Of a stretch of DNA of 34,634 bases, positions 19,302 through 27,961 are shown one piece after another. Each line of letters opens with the position of its first letter. Within the stretch, counting starts at the first letter, position 1. The stretch is from a virus (taxonomy: Duplodnaviria > Caudoviricetes), in the IMG/VR virus record IMGVR_UViG_3300025466_000007, positions 1-34,634 of that record. The stretch is one strand, 5' to 3'. The notes under the pieces are model-generated. The model ran no database searches. It was not told the origin of the DNA and saw nothing but the letters and a program-made list of their open reading frames with translations. Position numbers and translations under genes: made by a program.

Positions 19302-20021
19302 ATGTCATTTATAACTGCGGCGGCAATCGTTGGAGGCACTTCATTAGCAGGCGCTTACATAGCAAGTCAAGCGTCAAAAAGTGCGGCTAGTACTGTTGCA
19401 AATTCAACTGCGGCTGGTCAGGAACAAATGCAAGCTAATTTGCAAGCATTGTCTCCAAATTACACGCCATATTTGCAAACTGGTGTAACAGGATTAGCTA
19501 ATTTGAATGCGGCTATGCCGTCTTTGACACAAGCACCAGCACAATATAAACCTTTTACAGCACAAGATTTAAACGCTAATTTAGCGCCAAATTATCAGTT
19601 TATGTTACAGCAAGGTCTTGGAGCGCAGTCTCAAGCCATGAATGTAGGTGGGGGTGGTTCTAACATAAACACAGCTAATACAAAATTTGCTGAAGATTAC
19701 GCTAGTAATGCATATCAAAATGCGTTAAACAATTACATGACACAGCAACAACAAGGGTTTAATCAACAGCAAACGTCTCAATCCAACATATTCAATAGAC
19801 TTGCTTCTGTTGCTCAGATTGGTCAAAATGCTGTTAGCGGTCTTAGCAATTTGGCTACTGGTACGGCTACAAACGTTGCCCAGCTAGGAGTTGGTGGCGC
19901 ACAAGCTACTGCGGCTGGTATTACAGGCTCGGCAAACGCAATTTCAAGCGGCATTCAAGGTGCTGGACAGGCTTACTCTAATGCTGTTACGTTACCCGCT
20001 ATTTTGAACGCAATAGGATAA
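19302..20021 (+). CDS. DNA ejection (pilot) protein, P22 gp7-like
   Basis: Hydrophobic Gly/Ala N-terminus, PY.Q.G and PNYQF..QQG motifs, Gln/Ala/Gly-rich. Confidence 0.7.
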   Translation: MSFITAAAIVGGTSLAGAYIASQASKSAASTVANSTAAGQEQMQANLQALSPNYTPYLQTGVTGLANLNAAMPSLTQAPAQYKPFTAQDLNANLAPNYQFMLQQGLGAQSQAMNVGGGGSNINTANTKFAEDYASNAYQNALNNYMTQQQQGFNQQQTSQSNIFNRLASVAQIGQNAVSGLSNLATGTATNVAQLGVGGAQATAAGITGSANAISSGIQGAGQAYSNAVTLPAILNAIG

Positions 20022-20024
20022 ATT

Positions 20025-21542
20025 ATGGCATCTTTTAATTTTGATACTTCAGCGATACAAGCCAAACCACCACAAGTTGAGCAAATGAAACTCAGCGATA
20101 TGCTGAACATGGCTTCAAAAGGGTATGAGCTAAAGAAAATGAAAGAGCTGTACCCAGCTATGATTGAAAAAGCTAAAGCTGAATCTGAATCGGCTCAATC
20201 TAGCGCTTTAATGAAAGATATTGAAGCATCACAAGCAACAATTCGCAACAAAGAACAAATAAAGCTCAATGCGTTCATGCAAGACCCAAAAAATTACATG
20301 GACGAAAATGGCGACATAGATTTGACTAAAGCCAACAAAGCTATACCAATTATTGCGCCAATGACAGGAACAGATCATTTAAGTAAATTGTCTACACTTG
20401 CTCAAAACAATACTCTTGCTAAAGACGCTAAACTTAAATTTAGTCAAAACGAAAGAGAAATTGTTGCGTCTACTTATGGCGCATTGGGGCGTGCTAACGT
20501 AACAGACCCAAAAGAATATGCTAGTGCTTTAGACAATTTAGTTAAAGCATTTCCCGATAGTCCTTCAATGAAACAATACGCTGATGCGGCTAAAGGTAAT
20601 TTGATGATGGTTGGAGATCATTCAAAATTACCCGCTGTTGCTATTGGTACGGCTAATCAGTTGCTTACATTGCCACAACAACAAACAGCATTTACTCCTA
20701 CAACAAATGTTGCCACAGTTGGCGGTCAACAAGTGCCCGTCACAACAACACCTTCTGCTACTGGGGGCGCACCTCAAGTTAATGTTGGTCAATTTGGAGG
20801 AACAACACCACAAACAAAACCACCAGCTAGTGCGCCTGGAATGCCTAAAATTGTTAACGAAGACCCAAATCTTACATATAGTGGACCAGCACAACCGTTA
20901 CAACTCAATCCAGTTCAAGAAGGTTTATTCAAAGCTGGTCAAGAAAACTTTAACAAATTACCCGCACTTCAACAACAGGCTCAAGAAGCTAAAGAATACG
21001 TGCGAGGCGCAACGAACGCTATTGATGCGGCTAAAGGTAGTACCCTTACTCAAAAACTGCAAGCGGGTGGCAAATATGTGTTTGAAAACCCAGAATTAGA
21101 TCGTTTAACTAAAAACTTGGCTGGTGTGCTTGTTTCTAATGCAAACACAATGGGCTTGAATCGGTCTGATGCTTCTTTTGCCGATGCTGAAAAACTAAGC
21201 GGTAGTGCCAAAATATCGAATGAAGCACTTAAAGACATATTGCAAAGGGCGGATGCTCAAGCAAGTGCGGCTGATAAGTATGCTACTGCTGTTAAAAATT
21301 ACCGTGAAAAGCGTGGCGAAATCAATGCTAGTATTCATGAAGGAAGATTCAAATCAGCATGGTCTAATGCTTATGATTCAAAAATATTCCAAATGGATAA
21401 CATTGCAAATTCTAATTTGCCTGATGAAGAAAAAACAGCACGCATACAAGATTTGACTAAAAATATGTCGCCAAGCGCATACACAAAATTTGTAAATGAT
21501 GCTAAAGTAATTCATCGTCTTGAGCAAGGAAAATACCAATGA
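20025..21542 (+). CDS. Putative DNA ejection protein (gp20 position)
   Basis: Large helical Ala/Lys/Gln-rich protein in the ejection-gene position. Confidence 0.55.
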   Translation: MASFNFDTSAIQAKPPQVEQMKLSDMLNMASKGYELKKMKELYPAMIEKAKAESESAQSSALMKDIEASQATIRNKEQIKLNAFMQDPKNYMDENGDIDLTKANKAIPIIAPMTGTDHLSKLSTLAQNNTLAKDAKLKFSQNEREIVASTYGALGRANVTDPKEYASALDNLVKAFPDSPSMKQYADAAKGNLMMVGDHSKLPAVAIGTANQLLTLPQQQTAFTPTTNVATVGGQQVPVTTTPSATGGAPQVNVGQFGGTTPQTKPPASAPGMPKIVNEDPNLTYSGPAQPLQLNPVQEGLFKAGQENFNKLPALQQQAQEAKEYVRGATNAIDAAKGSTLTQKLQAGGKYVFENPELDRLTKNLAGVLVSNANTMGLNRSDASFADAEKLSGSAKISNEALKDILQRADAQASAADKYATAVKNYREKRGEINASIHEGRFKSAWSNAYDSKIFQMDNIANSNLPDEEKTARIQDLTKNMSPSAYTKFVNDAKVIHRLEQGKYQ

Positions 21543-23926
21543 CAGACGTAGCTGATGATGTAGACGTACCTGGTCTCAAGTATTTGAAGCCTGTCGCACC
21601 TACTGCGTCAGCTACAACTGCTCCAGCTACTGAAGCGCCCCCCATCAATTCTGATTTACAAGATCGTATTTCAAGGCTTAATGACGAATGGAAAACACGC
21701 AAAGACCTTAACCCAAAAGGTTTGGATTTGCCAATCACAAGCAAATCACGCACATACGATCAAGAAAAAAAATTATATGATGCTTGGATTGCTAGTGGTA
21801 AAAAAGGTAATTTAGTCGCATTTCCTGGTACTAGCAAACACGAAAGCGGAGATGCTTTTGATCTTTTGCCAACTGTTCCTGACGAATTGTTAAGCAAATA
21901 CGATTTGCACAGACCTTTTGGAGCAAAAGACCCCGTACATGTTGAATTAAAACCTGGTACTGTCACGGCTCAAGCTGATGACATAGATGTGCCTGGACTT
22001 AAATATTTAACGCCTCCTAGCACGGTTACAGCACAAAAAACAGCCAAAACAACCCCGTCAATTACTTTGCCAACAACGCAAGAATTGAAAAAAACTGCTG
22101 GTGAAACAATATACAACCCTGAATGGTGGGCTAAAGACATTGCGGCAAAAGCTGACGTTGCTTATGGCGGTCTATTGGGCGCTGGACAATTTGTTGCTAC
22201 ACCATTTGCTAAAGCGGCAGATTATTTGACTAATTCTACGGCTGGTACAGACGTATTGAATCGTGTAGCGGATTTTGCTAGTCATCCTGTTGGTAAAGCA
22301 ATGGGCATCACTAATGACCCCGTATATCAAAAAGAAGTTGCTACAAAAATATTGGGTACGATTGCTCAATATGCTGACAAACCAATCTCATACATAGCTG
22401 AACAAACAGGATTACCCAAAGACGAAGTATCTTGGTATGCACAAGCGGCTGGTATCAAATTAGCACCAGTTGTCGGAAAAGCTGTTGCTGAAGGCGCTGG
22501 TAAAGTAAAAACTGCGGCTATTGAGGGCGCTGAAAATGTTGGCAAAGCTAAAGAACAAGTACAACAACAGTTTAAAACGCTAAAAGAAACAATGAAGCCT
22601 GAAGCAAACCCAAATTTGCGTAGCATTGGTGCGGCTGAAGCTGATAAGGTTTCTGTGCGTAAAGCTAATGCTCAAGATTTGTGGGAGCCAATGGACTTAG
22701 AAAGAAGTCAGCTGACCAGGGATTTTGGCGATGTAAATTGGGCAAGGGAACACGCAAAAGACCCTGTTGCTGGAAAATTGTTTCGTGATTTGTACGCAGA
22801 TCAAAACGCTAAAGTTGCTACCAATTTCCAAAAAGCTATTAACAATACGGGCGCTGAATTAACAGGCGTTGAGCGTTCTGAACTTGGTCAAAAAATAAAC
22901 GATGTTGTTGACACATACAAAAAAGATCGTTATCAAAAAGTTAGTGAAGCCTATAATGCGGCAGATAAAGCTGGTGAAACACTTGAACAAGTTTCATATA
23001 AACCTTTGCTTGATTACATCAACAATAAACGTCCAACCGTAAAAAAACAAAATCCTATTCTCAGTACGATTGAAGAAGAATTGGCACACAATGACCCAAT
23101 TCAAATAAGAGAAGTACTAGACAAAGAAGGAAAAAAAGTACAAGAAGAATATCAAAATGGCACAATCAATTTGCGTCAATTCGAGGATATTCGTAAACTA
23201 ATTGCTGAAGAAACAGAACAAGGCACATCTAACGGTTTTCATGGCAATCAATTGCGTAAAACCATAGACCAATTGACAGCCAACAAAGGCGGCGAATTAT
23301 ACAAAACAGCACGTAAACTCAACACAGATTACATGACTGAGTTTGAAGACACGCCTACTGTTAAAAACATTACAGCACTCAAAAAAGGCACGGTTGACAG
23401 GGTTGTTCCATTAGAACAATTACCCGAAAAATTGTTACTCAGCGCTACAAAAGATCAAGTACAACAAGTGTTTAACACTTTAACTAAAGCTGGACCAGAA
23501 GGTCAGCAAATGATAAATGAGCTAAAAGGGGTTTTGGGCGAACATTTGCGTGACCAAACATTCCAAGGCGTTAACAGAGACGTACATGGAAATTATGTAC
23601 CATCTGCGCCTAAACTTAATGCCGCATTGGAAAAGTTAGACAAAAGCGGAAAATTGGATTTGGTGTTTGGTAAAAAAGATGCTGAACGTTTTAGAACGCT
23701 TAATGAAGTTGTACAGGATATTCGTACAGTACCTGAAGGTTCAGTTAACTATTCGGGTACTGCATCTAACCTTAAAACAATGTTGGCTGATATAGCGGGT
23801 TCATACGCTTTAACAGGCGTACCAGCACCATTAATTATGGGCGCAAAATATACTGCAAATCAATTTAAAACGCTTAGAGACGTCAATAGGGTCAAAGACT
23901 TTATTGATTTTGGAAAAACAAAATAA
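21539..23926 (+). CDS. Large DNA ejection protein (gp16 position) with an N-terminal M15-type Zn peptidase domain
   Basis: ITSKSRTYDQE...PGTSKHESGDAFD...DPVHVE (SxHxxGxAxD and D/ExxH motifs) and C-terminal NYSGTA. Confidence 0.72.
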   Translation: MTDVADDVDVPGLKYLKPVAPTASATTAPATEAPPINSDLQDRISRLNDEWKTRKDLNPKGLDLPITSKSRTYDQEKKLYDAWIASGKKGNLVAFPGTSKHESGDAFDLLPTVPDELLSKYDLHRPFGAKDPVHVELKPGTVTAQADDIDVPGLKYLTPPSTVTAQKTAKTTPSITLPTTQELKKTAGETIYNPEWWAKDIAAKADVAYGGLLGAGQFVATPFAKAADYLTNSTAGTDVLNRVADFASHPVGKAMGITNDPVYQKEVATKILGTIAQYADKPISYIAEQTGLPKDEVSWYAQAAGIKLAPVVGKAVAEGAGKVKTAAIEGAENVGKAKEQVQQQFKTLKETMKPEANPNLRSIGAAEADKVSVRKANAQDLWEPMDLERSQLTRDFGDVNWAREHAKDPVAGKLFRDLYADQNAKVATNFQKAINNTGAELTGVERSELGQKINDVVDTYKKDRYQKVSEAYNAADKAGETLEQVSYKPLLDYINNKRPTVKKQNPILSTIEEELAHNDPIQIREVLDKEGKKVQEEYQNGTINLRQFEDIRKLIAEETEQGTSNGFHGNQLRKTIDQLTANKGGELYKTARKLNTDYMTEFEDTPTVKNITALKKGTVDRVVPLEQLPEKLLLSATKDQVQQVFNTLTKAGPEGQQMINELKGVLGEHLRDQTFQGVNRDVHGNYVPSAPKLNAALEKLDKSGKLDLVFGKKDAERFRTLNEVVQDIRTVPEGSVNYSGTASNLKTMLADIAGSYALTGVPAPLIMGAKYTANQFKTLRDVNRVKDFIDFGKTK

Positions 23927-24159
23927 TGGAATGGCAACAACTCATCAACATTGGTGCCTCAACACTGCTAATGGCTCTTGGCTGGTGGTGTCGTCAAATT
24001 TGGGATTCAGTACAGGCTCTCAAAAAAGACGTTCAAAAAATTGAAGTTGATTTGCCCACAAATTACGTCAGAAAAGTCGACATTGAACAAAGATTTGACC
24101 GTTTGGAAAACATCTTAGACAAGATATTTGACAAGTTAGACAACAAAGCTGACAAATGA
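23926..24159 (+). CDS. Holin-like / lysis-associated membrane protein
   Basis: One N-terminal transmembrane segment plus a coiled coil ending KLDNKADK; first gene of the lysis cassette. Confidence 0.55.
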   Translation: MEWQQLINIGASTLLMALGWWCRQIWDSVQALKKDVQKIEVDLPTNYVRKVDIEQRFDRLENILDKIFDKLDNKADK

Positions 24160-24168
24160 GGTGTTTGA

Positions 24169-24885
24169 ATTGACCCGTTTACGCTTATTGCCGCCGCAAG
24201 TACGGCTCTCAAACTCGTTAAACAGGGTTGCGAAATGTTCCGTGAGGGTCAAGCGTATGTCAAGGACGTTGTCAAGACGGCTAAAGAAGTACAAGCAATC
24301 GGTAATGAAGTTTTGGGGTTTTGGGGTGAAATAAAAGCTATTTTCGGTTTCAAAACAAAAATAACCGAGAAAATTGCAGAAAAACCGCAAAAAACAGATT
24401 TAAAACAGTCTAAACGCAAACAAGAATTCGATGCTAATGCTGTTTATTCACAAATTGGGAAAAACATAACGGATTTTTTCAAAGCATACAACGCATTAAA
24501 AGATCATATTGCAGAGGAGGAAGAAAAGTCCAAAACTGTGTATGACCCAACAGGAGATCAAACTGAAAAAGCTGTTCAACGTGTGTTAGCGCTAAGTCAG
24601 ATGGAAACAATGCAAGTAGAACTAAGGGAGTATATGGTGTATCACGTTCCACCAGAACTCAAAGATTTGTACACTCGCATCAATCAGATGATTGGTACTA
24701 TTCAAAACGAACAGGCGTTGGCTAGACAAGCTCAATTCAAAAAACGGAGACAAATTGAAGCTGAACAAAGAGAGGTTGCTGACAAAATTTGGTTTAGAAC
24801 GGCATCAACCATTGCGGTAATTTTTGTTTCAATTTACATTATGAGCTTTATGTGGGCACTAAAACAAATGACTGGGGATATGTAA
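24169..24885 (+). CDS. Coiled-coil protein with C-terminal membrane anchor; probable ATT start
   Basis: The frame opens at ATT 24169 (IDPFTLIAAASTAL...), 5 nt after a GAGGTG Shine-Dalgarno and directly after an in-frame TGA. The first ATG is at 24235. Confidence 0.6.
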   Translation: MDPFTLIAAASTALKLVKQGCEMFREGQAYVKDVVKTAKEVQAIGNEVLGFWGEIKAIFGFKTKITEKIAEKPQKTDLKQSKRKQEFDANAVYSQIGKNITDFFKAYNALKDHIAEEEEKSKTVYDPTGDQTEKAVQRVLALSQMETMQVELREYMVYHVPPELKDLYTRINQMIGTIQNEQALARQAQFKKRRQIEAEQREVADKIWFRTASTIAVIFVSIYIMSFMWALKQMTGDM

Positions 24886-25049
24886 TTGTTATTATTTGTT
24901 TAGCATTTTTGTTTGTGTTGATATTGCCTGTAATCGGTTTTATGTACATGGACATTAGACAAGAACGAATAATGATTGCATATGATTTGAAAAGAATTGA
25001 AAAGTTAAAAAAAGAGCTAGAAAAGCAAAAAGAAACAACAAAGGAGTAA
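24852..25049 (+). CDS. Small membrane protein (transmembrane segment plus coiled coil)
   Basis: Hydrophobic N-terminal segment and charged tail, within the lysis cassette. Confidence 0.55.
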   Translation: MGTKTNDWGYVIVIICLAFLFVLILPVIGFMYMDIRQERIMIAYDLKRIEKLKKELEKQKETTKE

Positions 25050-25051
25050 AT

Positions 25052-25552
25052 ATGGATTGGTTAAAAGCAATAGCACCTACCATCGCAACAGCTTTGGGTG
25101 GACCATTAGGTGGGTTAGCGTATGAAGCAGTCTCTAAAGTGCTTGGAGTGTCTCAGGATGACGCTAAAAAGATGTTAGATGACGGCAAATTGACTGCTGA
25201 CCAAATAGCGTCAGTCCAGCAAGCTGAAATTGCCCTGAAAGCCAAAGCACAAGAGTTGAATTTGGATTTTGAAAAATTAGCAGTAGAAGACCGTTCAAGC
25301 GCTAGAACGATGCAAACTGCAACACATAGTTGGATACCCCCATTTTTAGCATTTGGTATCACAATTGGATTTTTTGGTATTCTTTATGCGCTAATGACGG
25401 ACAAAGTAACCAAATCAGACGAATTGATGATTATGTTGGGTTCGTTATCAACAGCTTGGACAGGCGTAATAGCGTTTTATTTTGGCAGTTCAGCTGGTAG
25501 CCAAGCTAAAGACCAAATGTTACATCAATCAAAATTTGCGAAATTAAAATGA
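25052..25552 (+). CDS. Holin (3TM/GTA-holin-like)
   Basis: APTIATALGGPLGG, DRSSAR, two transmembrane segments and FYFGSSAGS; ATGA-coupled to the endolysin. Confidence 0.7.
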   Translation: MDWLKAIAPTIATALGGPLGGLAYEAVSKVLGVSQDDAKKMLDDGKLTADQIASVQQAEIALKAKAQELNLDFEKLAVEDRSSARTMQTATHSWIPPFLAFGITIGFFGILYALMTDKVTKSDELMIMLGSLSTAWTGVIAFYFGSSAGSQAKDQMLHQSKFAKLK

Positions 25553-25968
25553 TAAATTCAAGATCACTAGATGAACTTTTGCCTGAAGTCAAAAAACGTG
25601 TTGAAACATTTATACAATTATGTAAAGACAATAACATTGATTTATTGGTTACTTCTACATATCGTGATAACGAAAGTCAGGAGAAATTGTATGCACAAGG
25701 ACGAACAGAACCAGGACGAATTGTTACAAACGCTAAAAGCGGTGATTCTTTCCATAATTATCACTGTGCTGTTGACGTTGTTCCTCTCATTTCTGGGAAG
25801 CCTGATTGGGACGGAACTCATCCAATATGGCAAACAGTAGGACAGCTGGGGAAACAAGCTGGATTAGATTGGGCTGGTGAATGGCATTCTTTCAAAGAAT
25901 TGGCTCACTTCCAATACACAGGCGGTTTAACCATCGCTGAACTCAAATCAGGTCAAACAATAGCATAA
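25549..25968 (+). CDS. Endolysin, M15 family (L-Ala-D-Glu peptidase-like)
   Basis: TYRDNESQEKLYAQGRT, SFHNYHCAVD and W.GEW...ELAHFQ motifs. Confidence 0.9.
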   Translation: MINSRSLDELLPEVKKRVETFIQLCKDNNIDLLVTSTYRDNESQEKLYAQGRTEPGRIVTNAKSGDSFHNYHCAVDVVPLISGKPDWDGTHPIWQTVGQLGKQAGLDWAGEWHSFKELAHFQYTGGLTIAELKSGQTIA

Positions 25969-25977
25969 GGAAATATC

Positions 25978-26175
25978 ATGGCAACAAATTTTAAAATCAG
26001 CGGCAAAGAACACAAATCACCAAAATCACACTATGTTGTTTTGCGTGAACATGAAAAAGCAAATGAAAACGAAATTCACAGACTTGCGGACAAATTAAAA
26101 AAGCACGAAAGTTTACCCGCAGATAAAGCACATCCTAGGGATCAATCTAGTGCACCTCTGCCCAATATGCGTTAG
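25978..26175 (+). CDS. Hypothetical basic protein
   Basis: AAGGA RBS; His/Lys-rich; last gene of the rightward late block. Confidence 0.55.
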   Translation: MATNFKISGKEHKSPKSHYVVLREHEKANENEIHRLADKLKKHESLPADKAHPRDQSSAPLPNMR

Positions 26176-26279
26176 TTTTCAGACCAACCCCCAGCCCAGC
26201 AAATAAAAATTGCACCCGCAATGATCGAGAGCATTCCCAACAGAAAACCGATCAATAAAAATAAAATGGTATCAATCAT
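26172..26279 (-). CDS. 35-aa single-pass membrane peptide (not in ORF track)
   Basis: MIDTILFLLIGFLLGMLSIIAGAIFICWAGGWSEN*, with an AAGGA RBS upstream. Confidence 0.6.
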   Translation of the reverse strand: MIDTILFLLIGFLLGMLSIIAGAIFICWAGGWSEN

Positions 26280-26318
26280 TTTGGGTGTCCTTTTTTTTAG
26301 ACATAGGTTCTCCTAGGG

Positions 26319-26544
26319 TGGATAGTACCAACCAGCTCCATCTACCAGTATTAGTAGACTAAGTGCGCATAACGGATTTATTCATCTTATACACGATACC
26401 TAGTTTTCCACCTAAGTTATATCGTGCTTTACCAGTACCTAAATCAAGTCTGGTCACTAAATCAGGGGTGTAGCTGATTAGCGGTGTTTTCTCCCAAGCA
26501 ATCCATTCAGATTCTCTTCTCCGTGTGGGGTACGGATGCGTCAC
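26319..26544 (-). ncRNA. Highly structured multi-hairpin non-coding element
   Basis: Five hairpins plus a closing stem. The imperfect pairs are G-U on the minus strand and A-C on the plus strand. Confidence 0.55.
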
Positions 26545-26545
26545 A

Positions 26546-26640
26546 AAATAAAAAAGCCACTTAAAAAAGTACCTTGGTCGCACCCTCTTATTCAAGAGGC
26601 AAGATACTTCTGTAAGTGGCTTCAACTATTGCGTGCGACG
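26546..26640 (-). terminator. Long bulged attenuator/terminator hairpin
   Basis: AAGCCACTTA (26554-63) / TAAGTGGCTT (26613-22), inner stems 26567-76/26600-09 and 26584-89/26594-99, and a U-tract on the minus strand. Confidence 0.7.
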
Positions 26641-26667
26641 GCAACAACTTAATTATAAGCTAAATTT

Positions 26668-26823
26668 TTATTTTTTGAACCATTCTGGCTTTAAAAGTTG
26701 CAACTGCCATTGTCTCGCCATAGGAATCACCGTCCATTGACTGATTGCCGCCTGAGAAATACCAAGTAATTTAGCAAGTTTGGTCTGCCCACCCGCTAAT
26801 TTACACAATTCTTTTTTATCCAT
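26668..26823 (-). CDS. Cro-like HTH transcriptional regulator, 51 aa (not in ORF track)
   Basis: MDKKELCKLAGGQTKLAKLLGISQAAISQWTVIPMARQWQLQLLKPEWFKK*, a classic Cro/YdaS-type HTH. Confidence 0.85.
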   Translation of the reverse strand: MDKKELCKLAGGQTKLAKLLGISQAAISQWTVIPMARQWQLQLLKPEWFKK

Positions 26824-26831
26824 GCTGTAAT

Positions 26832-26847
26832 TATAAGGGTTCTTATA
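26832..26847. promoter_or_regulatory. Operator palindrome TATAAG-N4-CTTATA overlapping the leftward -10 box
   Basis: TATAAGggttCTTATA; a minus-strand TATAAT lies at 26830-26835. Confidence 0.7.
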
Positions 26848-26885
26848 GTATTTTTACGATAGCAAATCAAAACATAACCCTACGC

Positions 26886-26915
26886 TTTACTCGGGAATAT
26901 AAGTTGGCTTATAAT
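26886..26915 (+). promoter_or_regulatory. Rightward early promoter with a second operator copy
   Basis: TTTACT-18 bp-TATAAT, with TATAAGttggCTTATA at 26898-26913. Confidence 0.7.
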
Positions 26916-26963
26916 TCTTTCACCCCCCGATTTTGGGGTCTTTTAAACTTTAGGAGAAATCTG

Positions 26964-27932
26964 ATGGCACACGAAATTGCAACAAACAAGATCACTGGCA
27001 AAGCTGAAATCGCATTTGTTGGACAAACCCCCTGGCACGGTCTTGGTCAAGAACTAACAGCTGACGCATCAATCGACACTTGGAGCGTTGAAGCTGGTCT
27101 CAACTGGGAAGCATTGATTGCCCCAGCTGTCTACACACCCGCACACACACAACTTCAACTCAATTCAGGTCGCAACGTGATTTATCGTAGCGACAATTAT
27201 GAATCACTTGGCGTAATGACAGGACGTTACAAAATTCATCAACCTACTGAAATATTAGACTTTTTCAACACGCTTGTTCAGTCTGCTGGTTTCAAATTAG
27301 AAGTTGCTGGGTGTTTGCGTGGCGGTAAGCGTATTTGGGCACTTGCTAACGTTAACAAAGAAGCCTGTGTATTGAATGACGATATGGTCAAAGGTTATTT
27401 GTTGTTGTCTACATCGTTTGACGGTTCAACAGCTACTATCGGTCAATTCACTAGCGTGCGTGTTGTATGTAATAACACCATATCAATGGCAGACAACGAA
27501 AAAAATGTTGGTCGTGTTAAGTTAACACACGGTTCATATTTTGATGCTAGTTTGTTGCGTGATGAGCTTGGTATTGCGGTTAGCGGATTTGAAGGCATGA
27601 TGGATGACTTTAGATTTTTAGCACGCAAATCAGTCAAAAAAGCGCAAGTTGATAAATTCTTGAAACAGATATTTCCTATGGTTCAAAACCCTTTCAAAGC
27701 GGGTGAAATGAAAGAATCAAAGGGTTACAAAGCTGTTTTAGAGCTGTTTGACGGACGTGGACGTGGCTCAGATTTGCCTGGCGTAAGCGGGACAAAATGG
27801 GGCTTGTTGAACGCTGTTACTGAGTACGTTGACCATGAAGCTGGTCGTGAATCTGACTCCAGACTTGCTAATGCTTGGTTTGGAGATGGAAACCGCCTGA
27901 AATCGCATGCTAAAGAGCTGTTGATGGCGTAA
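26964..27932 (+). CDS. DUF932 family phage/plasmid-related protein
   Basis: TPWHGLG, AGCLRGGKRIW, LLLSTSFDGS, VRVVCNNT and WGLLNAVTEYVDH motifs; AGGAG RBS before ATG 26964. Confidence 0.88.
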   Translation: MAHEIATNKITGKAEIAFVGQTPWHGLGQELTADASIDTWSVEAGLNWEALIAPAVYTPAHTQLQLNSGRNVIYRSDNYESLGVMTGRYKIHQPTEILDFFNTLVQSAGFKLEVAGCLRGGKRIWALANVNKEACVLNDDMVKGYLLLSTSFDGSTATIGQFTSVRVVCNNTISMADNEKNVGRVKLTHGSYFDASLLRDELGIAVSGFEGMMDDFRFLARKSVKKAQVDKFLKQIFPMVQNPFKAGEMKESKGYKAVLELFDGRGRGSDLPGVSGTKWGLLNAVTEYVDHEAGRESDSRLANAWFGDGNRLKSHAKELLMA

Positions 27933-27937
27933 CTTGC

Positions 27938-27961
27938 AGAGGGGCTTGTCCCCTCTTTTTT
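27938..27961 (+). terminator. Rho-independent terminator
   Basis: AGAGGGG-cttgt-CCCCTCT followed by a T-run. Confidence 0.75.

Noticed and set aside
172-25857. Numerous short antisense and alternate-frame ORFs inside the large plus-strand genes
   Set aside because: They are shadow ORFs lacking RBSs and motifs, explained by codon bias of the real genes.
26285-26320. Resemblance of minus-strand GAGAACCTATG...AAAAA to the ColE1 origin sequence
   Set aside because: The match is too short to count as homology; it is kept only as an analogy in the structured-element finding.
26359-26625. 88-aa minus-strand ORF
   Set aside because: It has a TTG start without an RBS, runs through a terminator and dense RNA stems, and shows no recognisable protein features.
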